A stretch of 64,000 nucleotides of DNA from Dehalococcoidia bacterium. Lineage in GTDB: Bacteria; Chloroflexota; Dehalococcoidia; UBA2979. The DNA lies in NCBI GenBank assembly GCA_965219085.1, contig OZ244720.1:448001-512000 (forward strand). Direction: 5' to 3'. Under the pieces are notes generated by a model, which was not told where the DNA came from, did not search any database, and saw only the letters and a program-made list of their open reading frames with translations. Numbering within the stretch: position 1 is the first letter of the stretch; every line of letters begins with the position of its first letter. The translations under genes were made by a program, and so were the position numbers. This document shows, in pieces, positions 48,889-58,794 of this stretch.

Positions 48889-50112
48889 CTACCAGGGCTC
48901 GTCCATCTGCGCGAACCCGCCGTGGCTCGCCTGGGCCACGGCGATCGGAGCGCGGTACGGGCGTGTCTGGCCCGTCGCGCGGCCCACGAGCAGCCACACC
49001 ATCCCCACGGCGGCGAGGGCTCCAGAGGCCCAGTACACCATCGGGATGTCGAACCAGCTGGCGACGATGCCGAGCACGATGCCGCCGGCCAGCCCGCTCA
49101 CGTCCCACGCGAGCTGCAGCACGGCCGTCGCGCGGCCTCGCGCGGTGTCGGCGACGCGGTCGATGGCGAGCGCCAGCAGCGCGGTGTGCGCCCCGGCGAG
49201 CCCGGCGCCGGCCATGAACCCCGCGGCGATCAGCATCAGCGGGCCGTGGGCGACCGCCAGCATCCACATCGACGCGACTGTGGCCACGAGTCCGGGCAGC
49301 GCGACCGGGACACGACCGACGCGGTCGGACGCTGCTCCGGCGACCGGCCGCACGAGCGTGGAGGCGATGCCGACGAGGAGGAAGAACAGCCCGACGTTGC
49401 CGAGATCGCGCTCCTCGCCGAGCAGCGGGAGGAAGGTGCTCGTCGCGGCGAACGAGAACGTGACGGTCATGAAGACGGTCATCGGGAACAGCGCGGGTCT
49501 CGGGAAGAGCGTGGCGCCGCCCTCGACGCCGACGCTGGAGCTCGGCGGCTCGTGCACGGGCTGCACGACCAGCAAGGTCAGGCCCGCGGTCGCTGCGGCG
49601 ATGATGAAGACCATGTCGAAGCCCCACGCCGCCGCGACGGCGACGCCGATCGCCGGCGGGAACATCTGCGCGATGCCGGTCGCCATGCCGAACATCCCGA
49701 CGCCCTCGCCGCGCCTCGACAGCGGCGACAGCTCGGCGATCATCGAGGCGGACGCCGTCGGGCACAGCGCCATGCCGACGCCCTGTACGATCCGCAGCAG
49801 GAACAGCGAGATGATGTCGTGGGAGAGCGTCATGAGCAGCATCGACGCCACTATCGCCAGCAGCCCGATGCGCATGATCCGCTTGCGCTGTCCGCGGTCG
49901 CTCCAGCGGCCCGCGAACGGCCGCAGTACGAGCGGCACGACGTTGAACCCGCCGACAATGATGCCGATCTGCCACTTCGCCCCGCCGATCTCGTCGATGT
50001 AGTCCGGCAGGACCGAGAGCAGGTAGAAGAAGCTGGCGAAGAAGCCAACGGTGCCCAGCAACGTCAGCGCGAAGTCGAACGTCCAGAGGCGGGGCCGGGG
50101 TGACTGGCTCAC
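48889..50112 (-). CDS. MFS transporter
   Basis: RLWTFDF, RPFAGRWSDRG, LRIVQG.G, RRGEGVG, SDRVGR. Confidence 0.9.
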   Translation of the reverse strand: MSQSPRPRLWTFDFALTLLGTVGFFASFFYLLSVLPDYIDEIGGAKWQIGIIVGGFNVVPLVLRPFAGRWSDRGQRKRIMRIGLLAIVASMLLMTLSHDIISLFLLRIVQGVGMALCPTASASMIAELSPLSRRGEGVGMFGMATGIAQMFPPAIGVAVAAAWGFDMVFIIAAATAGLTLLVVQPVHEPPSSSVGVEGGATLFPRPALFPMTVFMTVTFSFAATSTFLPLLGEERDLGNVGLFFLLVGIASTLVRPVAGAASDRVGRVPVALPGLVATVASMWMLAVAHGPLMLIAAGFMAGAGLAGAHTALLALAIDRVADTARGRATAVLQLAWDVSGLAGGIVLGIVASWFDIPMVYWASGALAAVGMVWLLVGRATGQTRPYRAPIAVAQASHGGFAQMDEPW

Positions 50113-50234
50113 CGCACCATCGTACGGCCTCGGCTGCGCAGGGGCTGCGAGGGCGCGGCGTGGCGGCTCGCTAGTATCATCGCGTCGCCGTAGTCAGCCG
50201 GGCCGCGCCGCGGGCGCGGAGAAGGGCGAGCGCC

Positions 50235-51542
50235 GTGCCGAACCCTGTCGATGAGTACCGCAACAAGCTCCGCACGCCCGAGGAGGCCGTCGCGCTCATC
50301 CCTGATGGCAGCTTCGTCTTCAAGGGCAACTGCGCGGGCGAGCCGCCCGCCCTCGTGCGGGCCGTCGCCGCTCGCGCGCGGGACGGTGGATTCACCAACC
50401 TGCGCACGACGAGCCTGCTCCCGATGCGACCCGCCTCCGAGTCGATCCTCGCGCCCGACGTGAGCGATGTGATCCACTGGGAGTCGCTGTTCGTGAACGG
50501 CTTCGACCGCGACCTGATCGGATCCGGCGCGGCGCACTACAACCCGAACTTCTTCCACCAGGTGCCGCGGCTCATCCTCGAGTTCATGGACATCAACGTG
50601 GCGCTGATCGACGTCTCCCGCGCCGACCGGCACGGCTACATGAGCCTCGGCACGAACGTCGACACCCACAAGGCGGCGATCGAGAAGGCCGACCTCGTCA
50701 TCGCCGAGGTCAACAACCACATGCCGCGCGTGCACGGCAACTCGTGGGTCCACGTCTCCGAGCTCGACGCCATCGTCGAGCACGACGAGCCGCTGCCCGA
50801 GCTCCCGCTCGTGCCCGAGCGCCCCGAGGACGAGGCGATGGGGCGGCTGATCGCGGAGATGGTGCCCGACGGCGCAACGATCCAGCTCGGCATCGGCGGC
50901 GTCCCGAACGCCCTCGCGAACGCGCTGAACGGGCACCGCAACCTCGGGATCCACACCGAGATGTTCGTCGACGCGATGGTCGACCTGATCGAGAGCGGCG
51001 TCGTGGACGGCTCGCAGAAGACGTTCCATCCCGGTAAGGCGGTGTACGCGTTCGCCGCGGGCTCGCGGCGCATGTACGAGTTCCTGGACGACAACCCGGG
51101 CATCGAGGCGCACCCCGTGTCCTACACGAACTTCCCGCCGAACATCGCGCGCAACGACAACATGATCTCGGTCAACTCGACGATCGAGGTGGACCTGACG
51201 GGGCAGTGCTGCTCGGAGTCGATCGGGACGACGCAGTTCAGCGGGACGGGCGGCCAGCACGACTACGCGCGCGGCGCGTTCGACTCGCGCGGCGGCAAGT
51301 CGATCATCGCGTTCTACTCGACGGCGAGGGGCGGCGAGGTGTCGCGCATCGTGCCGACGCTGACGCCCGGGGCGGTGGTGACGACGCCCCGCAACGAGGT
51401 GCACTGGCTGGCGTCGGAGTACGGGCTGACGTGCCTGAAGGGCAAGTCCACACGCGAGCGCGCGATCGCCATCATCGGCCTCGCGCACCCGAAGTTCCGC
51501 GATGAGTTGACGGCGTCGGCCAAGGAGCTGGGGTACCTGTAG
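50235..51542 (+). CDS. Acetyl-CoA hydrolase/transferase (4-hydroxybutyrate CoA-transferase type)
   Basis: GATIQLGIGGVPNA, LGIHTEM, EVDLTGQ, SGTGGQ.DY.RGA, SEYG...L.GKS..ERA..II..AHP.FR. Confidence 0.92.
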   Translation: MPNPVDEYRNKLRTPEEAVALIPDGSFVFKGNCAGEPPALVRAVAARARDGGFTNLRTTSLLPMRPASESILAPDVSDVIHWESLFVNGFDRDLIGSGAAHYNPNFFHQVPRLILEFMDINVALIDVSRADRHGYMSLGTNVDTHKAAIEKADLVIAEVNNHMPRVHGNSWVHVSELDAIVEHDEPLPELPLVPERPEDEAMGRLIAEMVPDGATIQLGIGGVPNALANALNGHRNLGIHTEMFVDAMVDLIESGVVDGSQKTFHPGKAVYAFAAGSRRMYEFLDDNPGIEAHPVSYTNFPPNIARNDNMISVNSTIEVDLTGQCCSESIGTTQFSGTGGQHDYARGAFDSRGGKSIIAFYSTARGGEVSRIVPTLTPGAVVTTPRNEVHWLASEYGLTCLKGKSTRERAIAIIGLAHPKFRDELTASAKELGYL

Positions 51543-51558
51543 TTAGCACACATGCTAA
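51543..51558. promoter_or_regulatory. Inverted repeat TTAGCA-N4-TGCTAA overlapping an extended -10 of the TA operon
   Basis: Palindrome directly upstream of the toxin; TGC-TAAATT then 6 nt to ATG 51568. Confidence 0.55.
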
Positions 51559-51567
51559 ATTCGTCCC

Positions 51568-51897
51568 ATGCGGATCGAATTCCGGGCCGACAGGCGCGGC
51601 AGGGAGCCGGTTCGCGAATACACCGAGGCGATCGCTGCGGCAGGGGAACGATCGCGGGTGGCCGCGTTCAGGCGGCTGCTCGGGTTGTTGAGTGAGCACG
51701 GTTCCGCTCGTGGGATGCCGATGGCTCGGCTGATCAATCGCCAGGAACGCGTGTACGAACTCCGATTCGGTGATCACCGCTGCGCGTACGTAGAGGATGG
51801 CCAGGCAACCGTCTTGCTGCACGCCTGGAGGAAGCAGACGCAGAAGCTGGATGCGCGCGAAGAGCGACGCGCGCTCGGGCGTCTCTCGCAGTTATGA
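51568..51897 (+). CDS. RelE/ParE-superfamily toxin (Gp49/HigB-like)
   Basis: IEF....GREPVREY, GMP.AR.I, VYELR, VLLHAW.KQTQK. Confidence 0.82.
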   Translation: MRIEFRADRRGREPVREYTEAIAAAGERSRVAAFRRLLGLLSEHGSARGMPMARLINRQERVYELRFGDHRCAYVEDGQATVLLHAWRKQTQKLDAREERRALGRLSQL

Positions 51898-51967
51898 ACC
51901 GCGAGGCCGGGCAATTCTCGTGGATGACTTGTTGTCTTGCTCTTGCAGTGACAGAGGGAGCGATGCA

Positions 51968-52282
51968 ATGGAGCGAAAGGAACGAACGGACGCGCTCGCA
52001 TTCCTTGACGAGATGCGTGCGAACGACCCCGAACTGCAAGCCGAGTATGAGCGGCTCGGACCGCGGTTCGAGTTGATCAGCGCACTGATCGGCGCTCGCC
52101 AGCGGGCTGGGCTCAGCCAGGGCGAACTCGCGAAGCGCATGGGGCGCAGCCAGGCGGTCGTGTCGCGGCTGGAGTCGGCCGAACACTCACCACGGATCGA
52201 GACCCTGCTTGAGTACGTCGAGGCGTGCGGACACCGCATCGAGTTCAGAATCGTCGAGAGCGGAGAACCCTCCGCGCCGTAG
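51968..52282 (+). CDS. XRE-family HTH antitoxin (HigA-like)
   Basis: DPELQAEYERL, ARQRAGLSQGELAKRMG.SQ..VSRLES...SP.IETL. Confidence 0.88.
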   Translation: MERKERTDALAFLDEMRANDPELQAEYERLGPRFELISALIGARQRAGLSQGELAKRMGRSQAVVSRLESAEHSPRIETLLEYVEACGHRIEFRIVESGEPSAP

Positions 52283-52311
52283 CGAGCGGCCGGCGCGCGC
52301 TCGGCTCGCCG

Positions 52312-53040
52312 CTAGTCGCTGAGCGCCAGCGCCAGCCGCGCGTCGATGCTCCGCAGCGCCGCCTCGGCGGTCGAGATGCCCTCGCGCTCAGCGACGCGCA
52401 GCAGCTCCAGCGTGGTTGCTCCGACGCGCTCGATCAGATCTTCGGGCGATGCCGAGCCGGTCGCGTAGTCCACGCCGACGAGGATGGCGCCACCGGCGTT
52501 CACCACGTAGTCCGGCGCGTACGCGATCCCGCGTTGCGCGAGCAGCTCGGCGTCGGCGGGGTCGCGCAGCAGCTGGTTGTTCGCGCCACAGCAGACGATG
52601 CGGCAGCGCAACTCCGGGATCGTCGACGCGTTGAGCACACCGCCGAGCGCGTTCGGCGAGAACACGTCGCACGGCTGCGCGTACGCACCGTCGAGGGCGA
52701 CCGGCTCGGCGCCGATCTCGTTCGCCAGGGGGACGGCGATCTCATCGTAGAGGTCCGTGACCGCCACATTGGCGCCCTCGGCGGCCGCGCGGCGCGCGAC
52801 CGCGCCGCCGACCTTCCCAACGCCGATGACCACGATGCGCCGCCCGGCCAGCGCGCCGTCTCCGACGACGGCTTGCAGTGAGGCGCGCATCCCGTTGAGC
52901 ACGGTCCGCACCGTCGGCTCCGCCGTGTCCTTGACGACCTCGCGGGCCGCACTGAGGCCCACGACATGCGACGTCTGCGGGCGATCAACGGCAGCTCATC
53001 GAGAGCCGTGCCCACGTCCGTGCCGGTCACATAGCGCCCG
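52312..53040 (-). pseudogene. Glu/Leu/Phe/Val dehydrogenase, 3' fragment (IS-interrupted; extra frameshift near 52975)
   Basis: RYVTGTDVGT, then GVGKVG, CDVFSPNALGGVLN, CGANNQL, YAPDYVVNAGG. Confidence 0.85.
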
Positions 53041-53118
53041 TGACCTGACCCCTTGAAACGGGACCACCGTTGATGAGAGTCCTTTGGCCCATGAAAGTGG
53101 GCAGAGGAGGACATCACG

Positions 53119-53397
53119 GTGAAACGACGCAGGCACACGCCCGAGCAGATCGTGCGCAAGCTGCGCGAGGTGGAGCGGCTGCTCGGTGAGGGGCAGACGA
53201 TCGCCGAGGCGGCGAAGCAGGTCGAGATCTCGGAGCAGACCTACCACCGCTGGCGCAACCAGTACGGCGCGATGAAGGCCGACGACGCCAAACGGCTACG
53301 CGAGCTGGAGCGCGAGAACGTCCGGCTGAAGCGGATCGTCGCCGACAAGGAACTCGAGATCGACGCGCTCAAGGAGATCGCCCGGGGAAACTGGTAA
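53119..53397 (+). CDS. IS3 transposase OrfA
   Basis: RRHTPEQIVRKLRE..ISEQTYHRWR..YG..LRELERENVRLKRIVAD; G-GGA-AAC -1 slippery site at 53385-53391. Confidence 0.92.
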   Translation: MKRRRHTPEQIVRKLREVERLLGEGQTIAEAAKQVEISEQTYHRWRNQYGAMKADDAKRLRELERENVRLKRIVADKELEIDALKEIARGNW

Positions 53398-53606
53398 GCC
53401 CGTCGCGCCGGCGCGAGGCAGTCTGCATGTTGCAGGACCGCCTCGAGTTGTCGGAACGGCGGGCATGCCGGGTCACCGGCCAGCACCGCTCCACACAGCG
53501 CCGCCTCCCGACGCGCGGCCGCGGCGACGACGCGCTGCGCGCGGAACCCCACGCCTTCTCGCGTGGCCACCCCCGCTGGGGCTACCGCCGGGCCTGGGCG
53601 ACCTTA

Positions 53607-55197
53607 CCCCGAAGCCACCGATCGAAGCTTGACGGGCGGGCTGCCGGGCTGGCGGAGAGTTCGGCGGGTGTGCCGTGGTGCGCCAGGCGGTGCCGGGGGC
53701 GGGCCGGAGCGAGGAGCCGGCGCTCAGCGCGGCTCGGGGGCGCTGAGAGCGCGGGCGCGAGGGTGCGCGAGGCGTGCGCGGGCATGCTGGCGCGAGGCTC
53801 GGACCCGGGCCGGCGCTGTGAGCGCGCGTCAGGCCGGGAGCGGAAGCGCCCGTAACCGCGCCAGGGCGGCTGCCCACTGCCCGGCCCAGGGCCAGCGCTT
53901 CGGGAGGTGCAGGGTCGTCACGATTCCCTCGCCGAGCCCGAGCCGCGCCGTCCAGCGGGCGAGGTTGTGCGCGATCACCTGCACCGCGAGCCATGCCGCG
54001 TTCGCGGCGAAGCGGCCCGAGGGGAGATGGTTGAGCCCGACGCCGTACTTGAGGTCGCGGATCGCGTTCTCGATCTCGGCGTGACGGCGATGGTCTGCCT
54101 CCAGCTCCAGCAGCTCCCCCGCGCGGTCGCTGATGAAGGCGTGGTAGCTGTAGTCCACGAAGAGCGCGAGCTGTGAGCCGGGCGTCGGCTGGACGCGCCG
54201 CACGATGAGCCGCACCGGGGTGGCGTCCGCCGTGTGCTGGAACGGCGTGTAGGTCGTCTCGGCGACATCGGCGCCGCCCGGCAGCCAGTACGGGATCGGC
54301 GTCCAGTCCTCTTGCGGTATCGCCTCGATCAGCCGGCGCACGCTCGGCTGCTGGCGAATGGTGATCGAGAAGCGGAGATCCTGCTTGCGGCAGACGGCGA
54401 CGACGGCGTGGTTGTAGAAGCCGCTGTCGGCTCGCACCGTGAGCTGCCCGCTCGCTCCGGCGTCGCGTACCCGCGCCACCGTCTCACGCAGGAAGTGTGC
54501 GGCCCCCCGTGCGGTGTTGGCGCGGCCCTCGCGCAGCCGCGCCATCAGCACGTCACCCGTCCCGGCCGCCACCGCGAGCAGCGGGTGATAGCCGCGCACG
54601 CCCGTGTAGCCGTGGTGCCGGGCGCCCTCCTTGGCCAGGCCGTAGGTCTCACAGATCGTCGAGTCGAGGTCGATCGTGAACGGCGCCGCGCCGGGTCCCG
54701 CCCCGGCCGCCCATGCGCGGGCGAGCAATGCGCGGCTGACGCGGTCGAGCTGGCGGACGTGGCCCCAGCGGAAGCTGCGCAGGAAGGTTCCGAGGGTGGA
54801 CGGCGCCTTGACCGTGCAACCCAGCACGCTCGCCGTCCCGCCGGCGCGCAAGGCAGCGGCGTCGTCGATGCAGTCGCCGCCCGCGAGCGCCGAGGCGACC
54901 AGGGTCAGCAGCTTGTCGCCGGCGTTCGCGCGCCCCGCTGCGTCACCGAGGTCGAGGTGGGCGTCCGCCAGTGCACGGAGGCCGAGCCGGCCAGCGAGCG
55001 TGGCGGGGAGCAGCAGGCCTGCGTGGTCCACGAGGCGGTCGTCGCCTGAGGCGATGTCTATCCGGTCGGGGTTACTCGCTGCTAGCATCGAATGGGTGCT
55101 CCTGTGGCTGTGACGTGAATTCTCAAAACCCATTGTCCCAGCTACAGCGGAGCACCCAACCGCAGCCCCTCGCCCGCTCTTCTTCGGTGGATCAGGG
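53607..55197 (-). mobile_element. IS1380-family insertion sequence with 4-bp CTTA target duplication
   Basis: Ends CCCCGAAGCCACCGA and TCGGTGGATCAGGG; CTTA at 53603-53606 and 55198-55201; excision restores the OrfB frame. Confidence 0.9.
53829..55088 (-). CDS. IS1380-family DDE transposase
   Basis: APSTLGTFL, IDLDST, GYHPLL, LREGRANT, VRADSGFY, HRRHAEIENAIRDLK, FAANAAWL...AHNL. Confidence 0.9.
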   Translation of the reverse strand: MLAASNPDRIDIASGDDRLVDHAGLLLPATLAGRLGLRALADAHLDLGDAAGRANAGDKLLTLVASALAGGDCIDDAAALRAGGTASVLGCTVKAPSTLGTFLRSFRWGHVRQLDRVSRALLARAWAAGAGPGAAPFTIDLDSTICETYGLAKEGARHHGYTGVRGYHPLLAVAAGTGDVLMARLREGRANTARGAAHFLRETVARVRDAGASGQLTVRADSGFYNHAVVAVCRKQDLRFSITIRQQPSVRRLIEAIPQEDWTPIPYWLPGGADVAETTYTPFQHTADATPVRLIVRRVQPTPGSQLALFVDYSYHAFISDRAGELLELEADHRRHAEIENAIRDLKYGVGLNHLPSGRFAANAAWLAVQVIAHNLARWTARLGLGEGIVTTLHLPKRWPWAGQWAAALARLRALPLPA

Positions 55198-55875
55198 CTT
55201 ACGCGAGGAGGGCTGGGGCGTGAATCGCAAGCGGGTGCAACGGCTCTGGCGTGAAGAAGGGCTGCGCGTCCCGGTGAAACGACGCAAGCGTCAGCGCCTG
55301 GGGGACTCGGCGGTGCCCGCCGCCAGGCTGCGCGCTGAGCGGCCGAACCACGTCTGGGCGCTGGACTTCCAGTTCGACCAGACCGCGGACGGGCGGGTCC
55401 TGAAGCTGCTCAACATCGTCGACGAGCACACACGGGAGGCGCTGGCGATCGTGGCCGCCAGGAGCATCAACGCCGACGCCACGGCCTCAACGCTCGACGG
55501 GATCGTCGCCCGGCGCGGGACGGCGCCTGGGTACATCCGCTGCGACAACGGACCTGAGCTCACGGCCAACGCCCTCCGCGACTGGTGCCGGTTCAGCGGT
55601 ACGGGCAGCAGCTACATCGAGCCCGGTGCGCCGTGGGAGAACCCGTACGTCGAGTCGTTCAACGGCCGGCTGCGCGACGAGTTCCTGGCGGTCGAGCAGT
55701 TCGACAGCCTGCTCGAGGCGCAGGTGCTGCTCGAGGACTGGCGGATCGAGTACAACACGAAGCGCCCGCATAGCAGCCTGGGCTGGCTCGCCCCGGCTGC
55801 CTACGCCGAGCGCTGGGAGACTCAGCTACACGCTGGACTCTCATAAGCGGTGGACTCGCGAAGGGGGTCCGGTCA

Positions 55876-56324
55876 CCCGCCCAGCCGCTCGACGAAGCGG
55901 CCGTAGGCGGCGAGCTGGTCGGGGGTCTTGGTCGCGGCGTCCCCGATGATCACCGCCTTGCCGCCGTCGCAGTCGAGGCCCGAGACCGCCATCTTGGCCG
56001 TCATGGCCGCCGACAGCCGGAGCACGTCGATCAGCGCCTCACCCACGTCCTCGTAAGGCTGCCAACGCGCCCCGCCCAGACCAGGGCCGAGGACGGTCGA
56101 GTGCAGCGCAATCAGCGCCCTGAGCCCGGACGGCGGGTCGTGATGGTAGTAGACCGCCTCGTGGCGATCGGGGTCGCATGGGCGACCCGCACGGGCACCG
56201 TCACCACCGGGGATTGCGTCGACGTCCAGCGCAACAGGTGCGCATCGAGCACCTCCGCCGGGCCGAGCAGCCGTTCGAGCGCGAGTCGATCCTCAAGCGG
56301 GTCTGGTCCGTCGGTTGTTGCCAT
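55876..56324 (-). pseudogene. Glu/Leu/Phe/Val dehydrogenase, 5' fragment (frameshift near 56240)
   Basis: HEAVYYHHDPPSGLRALIALHSTVLGPGLGGAR..DVLRLSAAMTAKMAVSGL..GGKAVI..AYGRFVERLGG up to the IS end. Confidence 0.85.
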
Positions 56325-56342
56325 ACCTACTTCAGCACGCGG

Positions 56343-56909
56343 CTACCTCTGGCCGAGCTCAGGCGGCAGCCCGCTCCGCGACGCGCCGCCCTTGCCCAGC
56401 AACTGGCGCAGCAGGTGGATGTAGCCGAGGTGCTGGTTGCCGTGCGAGACGACGACCTGGCCCAGCATCGCGGCGCGCGACACCTCGAGCATCTCGCCCT
56501 CGATGCGCGCGCTCGCCGTCACGGCGAGGAACTCGTCGTCCATCGTCTCGATCTTCGCGACCACGGCCTCCGCGGTGTCGCGGCAGTAGCGCTCGAGGCT
56601 CTCGACATGCGGGAAGCGCATCGCCTGCACGTCGGCGAGGTCCATGCCGGTGCCCTGCTCGTTACGCGGGAAATCCCACGCCTGCGCCAGCCCCTGCTGC
56701 CCCCAGACCGGGCGCTCCCGGTAGAACACGAAGTGCACGATGTTGTCGGCCGAGCGCAAGACGTGCCACGCGTTGAACCCGATCGACGTGCTGTCCTCGA
56801 TCGGGAGGGCATGGAGCTCGTCGAGGGTGAGGTCGCCGAGGCTGTCGGTGATCTCGGTGAGCACCCGCCGGACCAGCCGCGAGTACTCACCGGCCAGCAC
56901 GTTCGACAT
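56343..56909 (-). CDS. DinB family protein
   Basis: SIGFNAWHVLRSAD and C-terminal SHGNQHLGYI..LR His motifs. Confidence 0.8.
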   Translation of the reverse strand: MSNVLAGEYSRLVRRVLTEITDSLGDLTLDELHALPIEDSTSIGFNAWHVLRSADNIVHFVFYRERPVWGQQGLAQAWDFPRNEQGTGMDLADVQAMRFPHVESLERYCRDTAEAVVAKIETMDDEFLAVTASARIEGEMLEVSRAAMLGQVVVSHGNQHLGYIHLLRQLLGKGGASRSGLPPELGQR

Positions 56910-56938
56910 CGGCGCCGCGTTCCTCCCCTGGTCTCGGG

Positions 56939-57589
56939 CTACTCGCCGTTGAGCTTCGGAACCTTGAGCTGCTCCATCACGCGCTCGAAGACCTCGTACT
57001 CCTGTGCGCCGACGACGGCGTAGCGCTCGTTCAGGATGAACGTCGGCACGCCCGTCACGCCGATCGACTGCGCCCAGGTGATGCCGTTGTCGACCTGCTG
57101 GCGGTAGCGCCCGGTCTCGAGGGCGTCGCGCAGGTCATCGGCATCGAGGCCCGTCTCGTTGCCGATCTGCAGCAGGGTGTCGAGGTCGCCGAGGTTGCCG
57201 TCCTCCTCGAAGTGGGTGCGGAACAGTGCGCGGTGTAGCTCATCGCCGTCGTGGCCGTGTTCCTGCGCGTACTCGGCGGTCTCGAGCGAGAGGTGCGAGT
57301 TCGGCGTGTAGGTGCGGCCGCGCTTGAAGGTGATGCCGGCCTGCTGGCCGCGCAGTTCGAGCGCGGATGGGGGGTCACCGGGCTTGGTGTAGGGCTCGCG
57401 GCTGCGACCCTCGGGCGGGATCGACGGGTCGAGCAGGAAGGGCGCCCAGCGCACGTCCATGTCGTACTCCTGCCGCAGCTTCTCGACCTCCACGAGGCCG
57501 ACATAACACCACGGTCAGATGAAGTCGGAGACGATGATGAGCGAGGTGCGGTGCTCCTCGGCGTCGGTGTTGAGTTCGTCGGTGGTCAT
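56939..57589 (-). CDS. FrnE/DsbA-family oxidoreductase, selenocysteine-containing (UPWC; UGA at 57517-57515)
   Basis: ATG 57589 with GGGAGG SD; IIVSDFI-UGA-PWCYVG in frame with WAPFLLDP, PNS, GVTGVPTFI..VGAQ.YEVF. Confidence 0.88.
57483..57501 (-). promoter_or_regulatory. Putative bacterial SECIS element of the DsbA-like gene
   Basis: UCGGCCUC-GUG-GAGGUCGA hairpin; G-containing loop begins 21 nt after the UGA. Confidence 0.6.
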
Positions 57590-57817
57590 GGAGGGGCCCT
57601 CCCGCGGTTGCGCGCCCCAGTGTAGCGCGCTTCTCGCTGTTGTCAGCGTCCCCACGCCTCGCGCAGTCCCGTTATGATGGCGCCGTGTGAGGCCCGCCGG
57701 GCCTTCGAGGGGGGAGATCGCCTAGAAGCACATACGGCAGGGTCAACGCGCCGCGTCGTCACGACGCGTCAACGGGTTGAGCGTAACGCGAAGAACGCAC
57801 GTAAGGAGTGCCAGAGC

Positions 57818-58609
57818 ATGGCTGTGAAGACTTTCGAGCTGATCGACTACGAGGTCCGTGATCGGACCGCATGGATCACCATCAACAACGCCGAACGCAT
57901 GAACGCGCTGAGTATCGGCGTGGTGAACGGTCTGTACGACGCCTTCGAGGAATTCACGAACGACGATGACGCGCTGGTCGCCGTCCTGATCGGTGGTGGC
58001 GGTCGTGCGTTCTGTGCAGGCGCGGACCTCGTCGCGATGACACAGCGCGACCAGACCGAGGGGCAGGGTGCGCCGGCTCCGACACGCCCGGGGCTGGAGG
58101 CCGTCTCCGAATGCCCGAAGCCAATCATCGCGGCCATCGATGGCTACGCACTGGCCGGTGGGATGCAGCTCTCGAGCCGCTGCGACATCCGCATCGCGAC
58201 CGAGAAGTCGCGGGTGGGTATGCCCGAGGTACGACGCTCCCTCGTCGCCGTCGGCATGGTCGACACGGCCGAGCGCTACGTGCCGCGCGGCGAGGCGATG
58301 TGGATCCTGCTGACCGCGGACCACATGACCGCCGAGCGCGCCTACGACATCGGCTTCCTGCAGGCGCTGGTACCGGACCGCGACGCGCTCATCGTAGAGG
58401 CGGAGCGCGTGGCCGGTGAGATCAAGAAGAACGCGCCACTGGCGGTGGCGGCGGTCAAGCGGACCATCCTCCAGACCAGCCACATGTCGCCGCTGGACGC
58501 GATCCACCTCCGCAACGCCCTCAACGAGAAGGTGGAGCAGAGCGAGGACCGGATGGAGGGCCCCAAGGCCTTCGCCGAGAAGCGCGACCCCGTCTGGAAG
58601 ATGCGCTAG
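57818..58609 (+). CDS. Enoyl-CoA hydratase/isomerase family protein
   Basis: RAFCAGADL, KPIIAAIDGYALAGG, GMPEVR, SEDRMEGPKAFAEKRDPVWK; SD AAGGAG. Confidence 0.92.
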   Translation: MAVKTFELIDYEVRDRTAWITINNAERMNALSIGVVNGLYDAFEEFTNDDDALVAVLIGGGGRAFCAGADLVAMTQRDQTEGQGAPAPTRPGLEAVSECPKPIIAAIDGYALAGGMQLSSRCDIRIATEKSRVGMPEVRRSLVAVGMVDTAERYVPRGEAMWILLTADHMTAERAYDIGFLQALVPDRDALIVEAERVAGEIKKNAPLAVAAVKRTILQTSHMSPLDAIHLRNALNEKVEQSEDRMEGPKAFAEKRDPVWKMR

Positions 58610-58794
58610 ACGATTCCCACCGGAGCGGTGTCCGCGGCGGGACGCCGCTCCACCACGGCGGAGGCAGCCGTCCGGGTTCCCCGGGCGGCCGCTTCCGCCG
58701 GACCACCTTCGCCCGCCTGGCGGGGGAGGAGCACTTCGTTCGAGCAGGCGACGAGGTCGCCGGCCGCCGCTAGCGGCGGCGTGAGGAGGGCGCC

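Larger units (their letters stand above)
53388..55846 (+). pseudogene. IS3 transposase OrfB, interrupted by IS1380 (pieces 53388-53606 and 55202-55846)
   Basis: SERRACR..HPRWGYRRAWATL | REEGWGVNRKRVQRLWREEGL..WALDF..DNGPE..PWENPYVESFNGRLRDE. Confidence 0.88.
53041..55875 (+). mobile_element. IS3-family insertion sequence (IS407-like) with 4-bp CCCG target duplication
   Basis: Ends TGACCTGACCCC... and ...GGGGTCCGGTCA, imperfect IR of about 42 bp sharing CCACCG..ATGAGAGTCC; CCCG at 53037-53040 and 55876-55879. Confidence 0.93.
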
